This document shows positions 49,201-58,232 of a stretch of DNA of 64,000 bases, piece by piece (the first letter of the stretch is position 1; each line of letters starts with the position of its first letter). The translations under genes and the position numbers were made by a program. A model generated the notes under the pieces. It saw only the letters and a program-made list of their open reading frames with translations. It searched no databases and was not told the DNA's origin. The DNA is taken from contig JAVJQW010000040.1 of assembly GCA_040218735.1 (NCBI GenBank), positions 16,837-80,836 of the forward strand. The letters run 5' to 3'. This stretch comes from Deltaproteobacteria bacterium (lineage in GTDB: Bacteria > Myxococcota > Kuafuiibacteriia > Kuafuiibacteriales > Kuafuiibacteriaceae).

Positions 49201-49638
49201 GCGATCCTGCACCTCCCCGAGACGGAGACGACGGTGGGGACGCCGGTTTCGATCGTCGCGGAGATCGTCGACGCGTCGGGCGTCGCGACGGCCGAGGTCC
49301 TGTACCGCGCGCCGGGGTCGTCTTCGTTCGTGAGCCTCACGCTCGAGAACGAGGCGGGCACGAACCGTTACGCGGGCATCATCCCGGCGACGGCGGTCGT
49401 GGTCGGCCAGCTCGAGTACTACCTGCGCGCGCGCGACGGGGCGCCGGCGATGAACGAGGCGACGCGCCCCGAGGCCGCCCCGGACGAGGTCTTCGCGATC
49501 AGCGTCACCGCGAGCACGGGCACGGAGCCGCCGCCGGTCGACGACGGCGGGTGCAGCTGCGCCGCGGAACGTTCCTCGCGCGGTGGACTGTGGCTGGCCG
49601 TGGGGCTGTTGGCGCTGGTGCTGCGACGCCGACGCTGA
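43204..49638 (+). CDS. Giant surface protein (2144 aa): 3 beta-helix repeat units, PKD x2, 7 Ig-like repeats, lamin-tail domain, MYXO-CTERM-like tail
   Basis: Signal peptide; DLGAFE anchor-like motif; WDFGDG twice; VTEVMNDP...EWFELYN; tail GGCSCA...LWLAVGLLALVLRRRR. Confidence 0.93.
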   Translation: MHIRLTPLLIALACPVTAWAQTVVPPGNLVGSQTWTPGASPYVLAGDLTVPAGITLTIQAGTTVTLGPGDTLGSGLDSARTELSVLGTIVVNGTPASPVTFDSGAVGPATSDFYGIVLQAGSTATLSNAVVEHGHRCIEDHSTGATITNVDAIDCSYGYYVVGGSPTITGGAIEDGSSYGIYATTSANVTASGLRVRNNSSYGVYALNASFALTGSLIEGNGSHGVYYRSSSGSHTTSLQHNTIYDNGTYGVYLYEQSGTLTVTMRDNVVLDNSSTGVVRSGSPISTISHNLVYGHSTNYSGASPGTGGVTENPLLVNAASGDFRPTSRSGARMAASDGMDIGAFAYDGAVTPALVGHLFVNTTLTAAASPHMVTGDLTIEPNVTLTIEPGAVVRFASGTDQMGANADTSRTELRVAGTLVADGTTTLPIVMESAAASPSRGDWYGVHFLAGASSSIIDFASIRFARYGVHSNAPAGTTVQRTTIEESSSYGVYVTTGALDLDQAIVRDNSSYGVYYLNGSGSITGSQIYDNGSHGVYARSSSGSHNVSILGNTIAENGTYGAYLYEQSGTLTTTFRDNLVLSNSSTGVVRSGSPISTITYNLVWGHSTDYSGASPGTGGVTENPLVVDRVGRDFRVTSNSPARNHASDGTDIGAIAFDGTPTVGVHGHLYTNTTWSSVGGPIDVLGDITIEPGVTLTIAAGTELRFAAGADSMGGNAATDRTELIVLGRLVADGTTPSPVVFRSASTTPSRGDWYGVRLTSSAANSSIDNAEISHARYGVHSQAPNTTSVTQSRVHESSSYGMYIDGGALVVDGTRVYDNGSYGVYALNASATLTNLVVHENGSHGIYARSSSGSHNVVLNNLTVWNNGTYGVYLYEQSGTLTVSLRNSIVAENSSTGVVRSGSPISTINYNNVWGHTTDYSGASGGTGAISANPQFVNTMLDNFYLLPSSTSIDAADPTTAAASDFDGTARPLDGNGNTMAVPDLGAFEYNPSANRWPIADAGSDRVVTSGLPVAFDGTGSFDPDGTVMNYVWDFGDGSMASGATVMHTFAGGTDRTVTLTVTDNAGAIDVDAIAVEVNLPPNADAGPQRFADPAEIVTFNGNGSTDSDGTIVAYLWDFGDGATASGQSVTHQYATGGQYTVTLTVTDDDGATGVATTTANITGNDGAPPSIVHTPITAAQPAGTAVTISAEVTDSSGVASVALYFRTQGAPAFSAAPMGNTAGATYQVDIPAGSVAAPGVEYYIQATDSAASSNTGTNPPGAPGSVHTFTVAAPAGPSITHVPVGDGQAAGQSVGIAATVTSGTPLASVTLYYRTQGGSAFTSAPMTNTAGDDWAGQIPGAAVVTPAVEYYLEAVDTANPANTATHPVSMGAVNAFTVTASDTSPPTIVHTPVGDGQAEATDITVMATVTDGTGVASVELFYRVSGGGGFATAAMTNTSGDTWTGTIPAASVTQLGVDYYIAAADSATPSNAATDPTGAPGAFHGFTVMRQFTVSEGDLVVTEVMNDPTGSETDREWFELYNTTSAPIDIDGFTFADLGTDSFTVNGGGPVVVPAGGYLVLGRNDDTAANGGVTVGYVYSGMALSNNDDEIIISAGPTEVDRVVYDAGATFPNTPGATISLDPDQLDYTSNDDGASWCVATSMLASGDFGTPGARNDPCVPIDDTDPPIVTHVPVTDGQPNGVAIPVVVVATDASGVAVVEVYHRVRGGGAFEVATLTDVGGGTYLGEIPATSVTLAGVDYYIRAVDDSAVSNERFAPTEADAMPFTFDVTAMDGAGPSITHVPIADGRPSGVAVDVFARVLDPSGIGAASVSYRTGGGAWMTATMTDTGGGLYSGQIPADAVTTDGVEYFLAAEDTSANAAEYPVGGAASPLAFTVTLVDVDGPVIAHTPVANGQPAGAAVPIVATVTDESTVAEVRVYFRATGTASFVSAAMTANGDMFTGEIPAALVTGGGVDYYLEATDASDDQNLSRDPEAAPMAVHSFTIAEDGADTEAPAILHLPETETTVGTPVSIVAEIVDASGVATAEVLYRAPGSSSFVSLTLENEAGTNRYAGIIPATAVVVGQLEYYLRARDGAPAMNEATRPEAAPDEVFAISVTASTGTEPPPVDDGGCSCAAERSSRGGLWLAVGLLALVLRRRR
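43864..46010 (+). repeat. Three intragenic tandem units with a 933-nt (311-aa) period
   Basis: The block NGSHGVY.RSSSGSH...YEQSGTL...NSSTGVVRSGSPISTI starts at about 43864, 44797 and 45730. Confidence 0.85.
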
Positions 49639-49639
49639 G

Positions 49640-50787
49640 TCAGAGCGCTACGCGCGTGTGCGGCGGCGCGACCGTGCGCCGCTGCACCACGCGGACGAGG
49701 CGGTGTCCGTCGAGCTGCGCGACGACGCGGAGCGAGCCTCGGCTTGCGTCCGGGATCACCGCCCAGCGCGTCCGGTCGAGTCGTTCGACGCCCCACCCCG
49801 AGGGGGCGTCGAGCTCGAGGTCTACGTCCGGGGCTTCGCAGCGGACGTCGACGACGAAGCGTGCGCCGGGCGCGGGGCCGGCGAAGGTCGCGACCGGATC
49901 GTAGAAGCGCTCGACGGGGTGATCACCTTCGGGGGTCGCGGTCGCGATGACCGAGAGGCTGCGCTCGAACGCGACGGCCTCCGCGAGTCGGCGCCGTTGC
50001 AGATCGGCTTCGAAGTCGTCGCCGGGTTCGCGTGGGTCGAACGCCGCTTCACCGACGACGGCGCGGTAGCGCCGTAGCGACGAGGGGCTCGGCTCGGTGA
50101 GGACCCCGCCGTGTTGGGTGCGGTGCTCGGCCATACCGAACGCGCCGAGGCGAGCGGCGGACAGGCCGAAGCCCGGGAGGGGCGCGCCGACGTCGAAGGC
50201 GACCTCGCCGTCCGGGTCGAAGAGGAGGAGGCCGGCCAAGGACGCTGCGCGCTCGAACGTCGGCGTGCTCGCCGCGCGCGCGTAGGCCTCCCGCGTCGCG
50301 CATCCGACGGCTTGGTGGTGGCCATGTCCGTCGCTCGGCGCGCCGACGTAGCGGCTCATCACGTAGGTAGGGCGGTGGCGTTCGATCGCGTGGGTCATCG
50401 CGTCGACCAGCGCGGCGAAGTCCCAGCGCTCGAGGGTCGCGTCGAGCGAGGTCGTGTAGCCGAAGTCCGAGAAGTCGCCGACCTCGACGTCCTCGACGCC
50501 GTACCACTCCGCCGCGGCGACGAGCTCACGATGTCGGCGGGAGCCGAGCGCGGCGCCGGCTTCGTGGCCCGCGTGGTTCTCGCCGCCTTCGCCGCGGGTC
50601 GCGCACCACAGCGCGACGCGAACGCCGAGGCCGCGCGCGAGGTAGGTGAGCGTCGCGGCGTCTTCGTCGTCGGGGTGCGCGGTGAAGTAGAGGACGCTGC
50701 GCGACTGCTGCGTCCGGAGCCGGCGCAGCGCACCGCCCGCTGCCGTGAAGTCGATCGGGCGCGCGAGCGGGAGCGTCAGCAGGTCGT

Positions 50788-50791
<4 letters not shown>
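49640..50791 (-). CDS. PIG-L family deacetylase
   Basis: AHPDDE, TRGEGG, DFGY, HGHH; GTGA overlap with the upstream gene. Confidence 0.88.
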
Positions 50792-52514
<1,723 letters not shown>

Positions 52515-52518
<4 letters not shown>

Positions 52519-53726
52519 GGGGCACCTCCCGGGACGTCGACGTGGCCGGCGCGCTGCGCGGCGACCGCCCAGAGGAGGCCGGTCGCCGACCACAGCTGGT
52601 CGCGCTCCCCCATCGCGGCGCCGGACCGTCCGTGGCGCCACTCGGGGAAGGGGTGCTGCACGTCGTCGACGGCGTCGACGAGGCGCGCGACGACCTGCTC
52701 GGGGGACCGCCCCGCGCGGACCCGTGCGACGGCTTCGAGTCCGCCGATGAACGGCCACGCTCCGCCGTTTTGGTACTGGTGCGGCGTGTTCAAGCCACGC
52801 CAGGTGAAGTGATCGCGGTAGTCCGGGTCGCCCGGGTAGAGCGGAGGGTCGATCGTCTTGGAGGGGTACGGTGCGTTGGCGCCGACACGATCGAGGTGGT
52901 CGAGGATCGACGTGGCGCGTGAGTCGTCGGCGACGCCGAAGAGCACCGCGAGGCCGTTGCCGACCACGTCGCAGTGACGCCCCGCGGTGCGGAAGCCGAC
53001 GTACGGGAGGTAGTAGGGGAGGGCGCCCCACCGCGCGACGTAGCGGCCCGTGATGCCCCACTCCGGGCAGTCGCGTTCGAGCGCCGTGAGGTAGTCCGCG
53101 GTGCCTCGCGCGTCGATGCACCCTTCGAGCCAGAAGAGGCGGTTGATGCGCGCTGCAACTTGGGTTGCGCGCTCGGCGTGTGTCGCCTCGCCCGTCAGTT
53201 CGGTGAGCGCGCGGAGCGCCGCGACGTAGAGGACGTTCACGAACAACACGTGGTGTCGGTGCGGCATCATGTCCGCCCAGTCGCTCGCCTCCGGGGTCTC
53301 GAGGATCAGGTCGCCGTCGACGTCGAGGTGTCGTGTCCAGTGCAGCGCGCGCCGCGCGGGGTCGAGGAAGCGCTCGACGTCTTCGTGACGACCGAGCGCG
53401 GCGACGGCGAGGACGAACCACAGGCCCGCGTCGACGCCCGCGCTGTTCTCGCTCACGGCGCGGTCTTCGGCGACGTCGACCTTCAGCGGCACCCGGCCCA
53501 GCTCGTCCTGGTGACGAGCGATCGCTTCGAGCGAACGACGGACGCGGAGCACGTCGTCGGGGCCGCGCGGTGCGGCGAGGATCCCGAGCGATGCGAGCCC
53601 GACGTCGCGGGTCCACACGTGGGGGTAGAGCGCGGAGCCGGCCGCCGCGCGGAGGCCGCGGCCGTCCGGGTCGCACCGTTCGACGACGTTCCAAGCGCGC
53701 GCGACCACCGCGTCGAGATCGACCAT
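52515..53726 (-). CDS. (alpha/alpha)6 glycoside hydrolase (GH100 / amylo-alpha-1,6-glucosidase-like)
   Basis: YPHVWTRD, DAGLWF, DWAD, YQNGGAWPFIGG, FPEW, QLWSA. Confidence 0.85.
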
Positions 53727-53799
53727 GTGGTCTATAGGCTTACATGGGGCGGCGAGCGGGTCAGTCGGGCGGACGCGGCGTGTGGGGTCGGACGGACGA

Positions 53800-53847
53800 C
53801 GGAACGTTTTCGACGCAACGCGGGAGCGAACGTTCGTTTCGAACGAA
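53800..53847. promoter_or_regulatory. Palindromic candidate operators (LacI-like) upstream of the sugar operon
   Basis: CGGAACGTTTTCG at 53800, CGAACGTTCG at 53827, TTCGTT-TCG-AACGAA at 53833. Confidence 0.4.
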
Positions 53848-53904
53848 TCGCAGCGACGATCTGATCGCGGCTGACGCCGGCCACGCGGCGCCGAGCGGAT
53901 CTGA

Positions 53905-54423
53905 TCAGGGGACGGCGCCCTCTTGGATCCACAAGCGGATGGTCTCGACCTCGCCGGCCGACACGCGGACGTTCTCGCGGTTGGGCGGCATGAAGTCTCC
54001 GTCGGCGCGCGGGATCGTGAGGTGGCGGTTCTCGATCTTCAGCAGCAGATAACTCCGCTCCGGATCGCCGGGTTCGATGTAGTCGGCCTCGGCGCGAATC
54101 GCGGAGCGGTCGACCAACCGGTCGTACGTCTCCATCGCGGGCCGGCGGAAGTCCATGCGGGGCGGGCGCTGCAGCGACGAGTGGCAACGCACGCAGTAGT
54201 TGTCGAGGATCGGTGCGACGTCGGTGACGAACGAGGTCGTCGGCCCGCCGTCACGTCCGCCGTCGCGCGACACACCGGCGTCTTCGAAGCCGGCGTCGCG
54301 CGCACCGGCATCGACGAAGCCAGCGTCGAGCGCGCCGCCGTCGCGGGGGGCGTCGATCGTGGTGGGCTCTTCACCGGCGCAAGCCAAGAACGGGAGGAGC
54401 AACAACAGAGAGCAGCGGCGCAT
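53905..54423 (-). CDS. Monoheme c-type cytochrome lipoprotein
   Basis: Lipobox; CVRCH; PGDPERSYLLLK...MPP...IRLWIQEGA. Confidence 0.85.
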   Translation of the reverse strand: MRRCSLLLLLPFLACAGEEPTTIDAPRDGGALDAGFVDAGARDAGFEDAGVSRDGGRDGGPTTSFVTDVAPILDNYCVRCHSSLQRPPRMDFRRPAMETYDRLVDRSAIRAEADYIEPGDPERSYLLLKIENRHLTIPRADGDFMPPNRENVRVSAGEVETIRLWIQEGAVP

Positions 54424-54511
54424 GCGTGACCTGGAGCGTACCCGGACGGACGGTATGCTTTGAATCAGTTCTTTCGAGACGACTCTGTACGGCTCTGGCG
54501 AACAATCGCGT

Positions 54512-55018
54512 TCAGGTCGGGTTTACGAAGCGCACGTCCACCGCCGTCTCGACCTCGCGCACGATGACACCCTCTTCGGTCGGGCCCGAGAGCACCTCGA
54601 GCCGGACCGGCGCGGTCGTCGGCGTGTCGACGAACACCGGCAGCATCGCGATCTGGTTCCAGCCAGGGGTGCACGGCTCGGCGATGAACGCGCCCGACGC
54701 GACCTTGATCTCGGTGCCCCGGAAGAACGCCTTGTACTCGTGCTGCCACGTGGTGTGGTCCTTGGCGTAGTACTCCAGCGAGATGAACACGTGCTGCCCG
54801 CCCTGCGGTCCGAACTCCATGAAGAGCTCCTCTTCGGGGTTCAGCGGCATGAACGTGTCGTTCGCGCCGAGCCCGACGACGACCGTCTCCGCGCCGTCAC
54901 TCGGCGCCGCGCGGTTCAGGCACTCCACCTCGGGAGGGGGGAGCCCCGGCCCGCATCCGCCGCGGATGTTGAGCAGGCCGAAGACGATCGCGAGGACGCC
55001 GGTGGTGAGACGTTTCAT
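54512..55018 (-). CDS. Hypothetical exported protein / lipoprotein
   Basis: Signal-like N-terminus with GGC; GPQGGQHVF motif. Confidence 0.75.
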   Translation of the reverse strand: MKRLTTGVLAIVFGLLNIRGGCGPGLPPPEVECLNRAAPSDGAETVVVGLGANDTFMPLNPEEELFMEFGPQGGQHVFISLEYYAKDHTTWQHEYKAFFRGTEIKVASGAFIAEPCTPGWNQIAMLPVFVDTPTTAPVRLEVLSGPTEEGVIVREVETAVDVRFVNPT

Positions 55019-55060
55019 GAACGCCCGAAGGTATACCGCGCTCCGGTACGGGCGGGTGGC

Positions 55061-56275
55061 TCAATCGTGTCGGAGGCGCGCGAGGGCGGCTTCGACCATC
55101 GCGCGTTTCGGCGAGGCGGGCTCGAGCTCGAGGAAGCGCTCGTAGAGCGTCGCGGCGGTACCGTGGCGACCGGCGCGCTCGTAGGCGCGCGCGAGCATGA
55201 GGCGGGCGGTGCCGTCGGCCGGGTCGGAGGCGACGCGGAGCTCGAGGGCGTCGACGACGTCCTCGGCGACGGGGTCGGGTGCGTCGGCGTCGATGACGAC
55301 GCTCGCGACACGCATTGCGGGGCGAGGTGATGCTTCCGGCGCCGCGACGAACATCGCTCCGGCGGCCGCGGAGAACGCCGCCGTCATCGCGACCGCGGCG
55401 AACCAGTTCCTTCGCTCTCGCCGACGGCGCAGTGAAAGGTGGCCCTCTTCCATCGCTTCGATCTGGTGTTCGACGGCGGCGCGCATCTCGGCGGCCGACT
55501 TGAATCGTCGGTTCTTCGACCGTGACAGCCCGCGGAGGATCAGATCGTCGACTTCTCGCGAGATGCTCTCCCGGATCTCGCTGATCGGCGTGGCGCGCTC
55601 CTCGGTCGTGCCGCCCACGCGCGGCGGTCGGCCGGAAAGCATCTCGTACATCGTCGCGGCGAGCGCGTAGAGGTCGACGCGCGGATCGATCGCCTTGTCA
55701 CCCAAGCGCTGCTCCGGCGACATGTACTCGGGCGTGCCGACCATCAACCCGTCCATCGTGAGGCGCGCGGCCTTCTTGGTGACGGCGAGGCCGAGGTCGA
55801 GCAGCAGCGCGTTTCCGCGTGCGTCGATCGCGACGTTCTCGGGTTTGATGTCGCGGTGGACGATCCCCGAGTCGTGCAGCTGCTGGAGGCCGAGCAGGAC
55901 CTGCTGCGCGATGCGGAGGAGCTCGAGCTCGGACATGCGACCGTCTTTGACCTGTCGGTGGTGGAGCGTCTTGCCCGCGAAGAGCTTCATCGCGAGGTAG
56001 ACACGACCGTCGTCGCTGCCGACGTCGTAGACCGGCACCACGTACGGCGAGTCGATCGCGGCCATCATCTGCGCCTCGCGGAGGAAGCGCTCCGTCATGT
56101 TGGGGAGCGCCGTGACGGCGGGGTTGAGGACCTTCAGGGCGAGGCGGCGACCGAGGCGCAAGTCCCGCGCTTCGAACACGGTCCCCATCCCGCCGCGCCC
56201 GATCGCACGCAGGACCTCGTAGCGCCCGCCGACGACCACGCCGGTCGAAAGGTCGGCCAGTGCGGAGGACGGCAT
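55061..56275 (-). CDS. Serine/threonine protein kinase with TM helix and C-terminal TPR
   Basis: IGRGGMGTVF, ALK, HRDIKPEN, DLG, YMSPEQ; TPR ARLMLARAYERAG. Confidence 0.93.
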   Translation of the reverse strand: MPSSALADLSTGVVVGGRYEVLRAIGRGGMGTVFEARDLRLGRRLALKVLNPAVTALPNMTERFLREAQMMAAIDSPYVVPVYDVGSDDGRVYLAMKLFAGKTLHHRQVKDGRMSELELLRIAQQVLLGLQQLHDSGIVHRDIKPENVAIDARGNALLLDLGLAVTKKAARLTMDGLMVGTPEYMSPEQRLGDKAIDPRVDLYALAATMYEMLSGRPPRVGGTTEERATPISEIRESISREVDDLILRGLSRSKNRRFKSAAEMRAAVEHQIEAMEEGHLSLRRRRERRNWFAAVAMTAAFSAAAGAMFVAAPEASPRPAMRVASVVIDADAPDPVAEDVVDALELRVASDPADGTARLMLARAYERAGRHGTAATLYERFLELEPASPKRAMVEAALARLRHD

Positions 56276-56336
56276 GCCGGCTTCATCGGCGGGGCGTTGG
56301 TGTGTTTCGAGTTGAGCGTATCGAAGCGAGTCGCGG

Positions 56337-57437
56337 TCACGCCGCGGCGGCGCGAGTCGTCGGGTGCGCCGGGCGCGCCGGTTCGATGGAGAGCCCGACC
56401 GTCGCGATGACGTCGGCGCGCGCGTCGGAGGTGATCTCGCCGAGCGCGAGCAGCGGAGGCATCGACGCGACGCGCAGGTGGCGGAGGATGCCGCGGACCT
56501 CGTCGCGCACGACCAGCACGGCGCCGAGGCACTCGGCGGTCAGCATCGCGTCGTGGACGGAGCGGATGATCGTGACGGAGCGCTCGGTGTCGAGCTCACG
56601 CTCCGGCTCGCAGTACCACTCGAGCTCGTGGTTGAGGTTCTCCGAGAGCATCACCATCGACAGGCGCGCGTCGCGGGCGAAGCGCTTGGTGATCGACGTG
56701 GCGAGCGCGAGGCGGACACGCGCGAGCGCCTGCTCGCGCGTCTGCTCTTGGAGGCCCTCCGTGGCGTACGTGTCGAGGATGGTGGTGAGGTCGCGGATCG
56801 GAACGCCCTCGTTCAACAGCTCGCGGAGCACCCACAGCAGGTGCCCGAGGCGCGGCGACGCCGCGCGGAACGTGTGCACGGCTTTCGCGTCGGACGCCTC
56901 CGCGAGGTCGACGAGGGTTGCGACCTGGTTGGCCTGCAGGAGCGCGCCGAGGCGCTGGCGGAGGATCTCGCCGAGGTGGGCGGCGATGACCATGGACGCG
57001 CTGATGTGCTCGGCGTTCGGCGCTGCGTCGGGGTCGACCCAGTAACCGTCGAAGCCGAAGACCGGATCGCGGACGAGCTCGGTGTCGTTGGGCGCATCGG
57101 TGACGTCGACGACGAGGCGCTCGCTGGGCTGCACGCGACCGGTGGCGACGACGCGCCCCGACAGGCGGATGCGGTACGCGTACTTGCCGATCGACAGGTC
57201 GTCGATGATGCGGACGACCGGCATGAGGAAGCCCCAGTCGTGGTACAGCCAGCGGCGGAGCTGCTGGACACAGGGCACCAGTGAGTCGGCGTCCGCGGCC
57301 TCCGCGAGGGGGATCAGGCCGTAGCCGATCTCCAGGCGCACGAGGTCGTGCTCGCCCCAGTCGGCTTGTTCGATCGTCGGATCGTCAGCGCGCGGCGTGA
57401 TGTAGGCGGACAGCTGGTCGAGGTAGGCGTTCCACAT
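56337..57437 (-). CDS. FHIPEP-family (FlhA/SctV) cytoplasmic domain only
   Basis: LEIGYGLIPL, GFLMPVVRIIDD, DPVFGFDGYWV, VIAAHLGEIL, LLNEGVPIRDLTTILD; no TM segments. Confidence 0.88.
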   Translation of the reverse strand: MWNAYLDQLSAYITPRADDPTIEQADWGEHDLVRLEIGYGLIPLAEAADADSLVPCVQQLRRWLYHDWGFLMPVVRIIDDLSIGKYAYRIRLSGRVVATGRVQPSERLVVDVTDAPNDTELVRDPVFGFDGYWVDPDAAPNAEHISASMVIAAHLGEILRQRLGALLQANQVATLVDLAEASDAKAVHTFRAASPRLGHLLWVLRELLNEGVPIRDLTTILDTYATEGLQEQTREQALARVRLALATSITKRFARDARLSMVMLSENLNHELEWYCEPERELDTERSVTIIRSVHDAMLTAECLGAVLVVRDEVRGILRHLRVASMPPLLALGEITSDARADVIATVGLSIEPARPAHPTTRAAAA

Positions 57438-57454
57438 GGCTCGGTGACGCGTAA

Positions 57455-57470
57455 TGCACTTCGGATGCCG
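57455..57470 (-). promoter_or_regulatory. Putative sigma54 (-24/-12) promoter
   Basis: Minus strand CGGCAT-CCGAA-GTGCA, about 19 nt upstream of ATG 57437. Confidence 0.5.
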
Positions 57471-57576
57471 ACGCTCAATGCATCACGCCGACACACGGGC
57501 GTCGGGATCTCGACACCGTGCGCTGTCGGTTGCGTGACGATCGCCCCGAAATCGGACAGTGGGATAGGGTGGTCGC

Positions 57577-58170
57577 GTGCGCACCGAACTGGGTACCACC
57601 TCGTGGGTCGATCTCGATCCGAACTGGCTCCCGGCCGCCGAGGCCGATGACCTCCTCACGTCGCTGCTCGCCGACCTGAGCTGGGCGGCGCGTCCGATCG
57701 TCGTCTTCGGTAAGGAGGTGATGCAGCCGCGGCTCATCGCGTGGTGCGGTGAGGTCCCGTACAAGTACTCCGGCCAGGTGTTGGAGCCGACGCCGTTCAC
57801 CCCGGCGCTCGGCGCGCTCAACCAGCGGGTGTCCGAGCTGCTCGACGTCCCGTTCAATCACGTGCTCCTGAACCGCTACCGGGACGGCAAGGACAACATG
57901 GGCATGCACGCGGACGACGAGCGCCAGCTCGGTCGCGACCCGGTCATTGCGGCGTTGTCGCTCGGCGTGACGCGGAAGTTCGCGCTCCGCCACAAACGGA
58001 AACGCCGGTGGCGCAAACATCTGCAGCTCACGCACGGCTCGCTCTTGGTGATGGGCGGGCGCTGCCAACACGAGTGGCACCACGGCGTGCCCAAGCAGAT
58101 GCGTGTGACCGAGGAACGGATCAACGTGACGTTTCGGTGGTTGAAGGAGGGCGTCGAGCCCGCCCGTTGA
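57577..58170 (+). CDS. AlkB-family 2OG-Fe(II) dioxygenase (ALKBH2/3-like)
   Basis: QPRLIAW, LNRYRDGKD, HADDE, HGVPK, RINVTFR. Confidence 0.93.
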   Translation: MRTELGTTSWVDLDPNWLPAAEADDLLTSLLADLSWAARPIVVFGKEVMQPRLIAWCGEVPYKYSGQVLEPTPFTPALGALNQRVSELLDVPFNHVLLNRYRDGKDNMGMHADDERQLGRDPVIAALSLGVTRKFALRHKRKRRWRKHLQLTHGSLLVMGGRCQHEWHHGVPKQMRVTEERINVTFRWLKEGVEPAR

Positions 58171-58232
58171 CCGAACACGAGCGTCGCCGCTTGCCCGACC
58201 CGGGTTCGCCCCCAGGTTGGTAGGGTCGAGTC

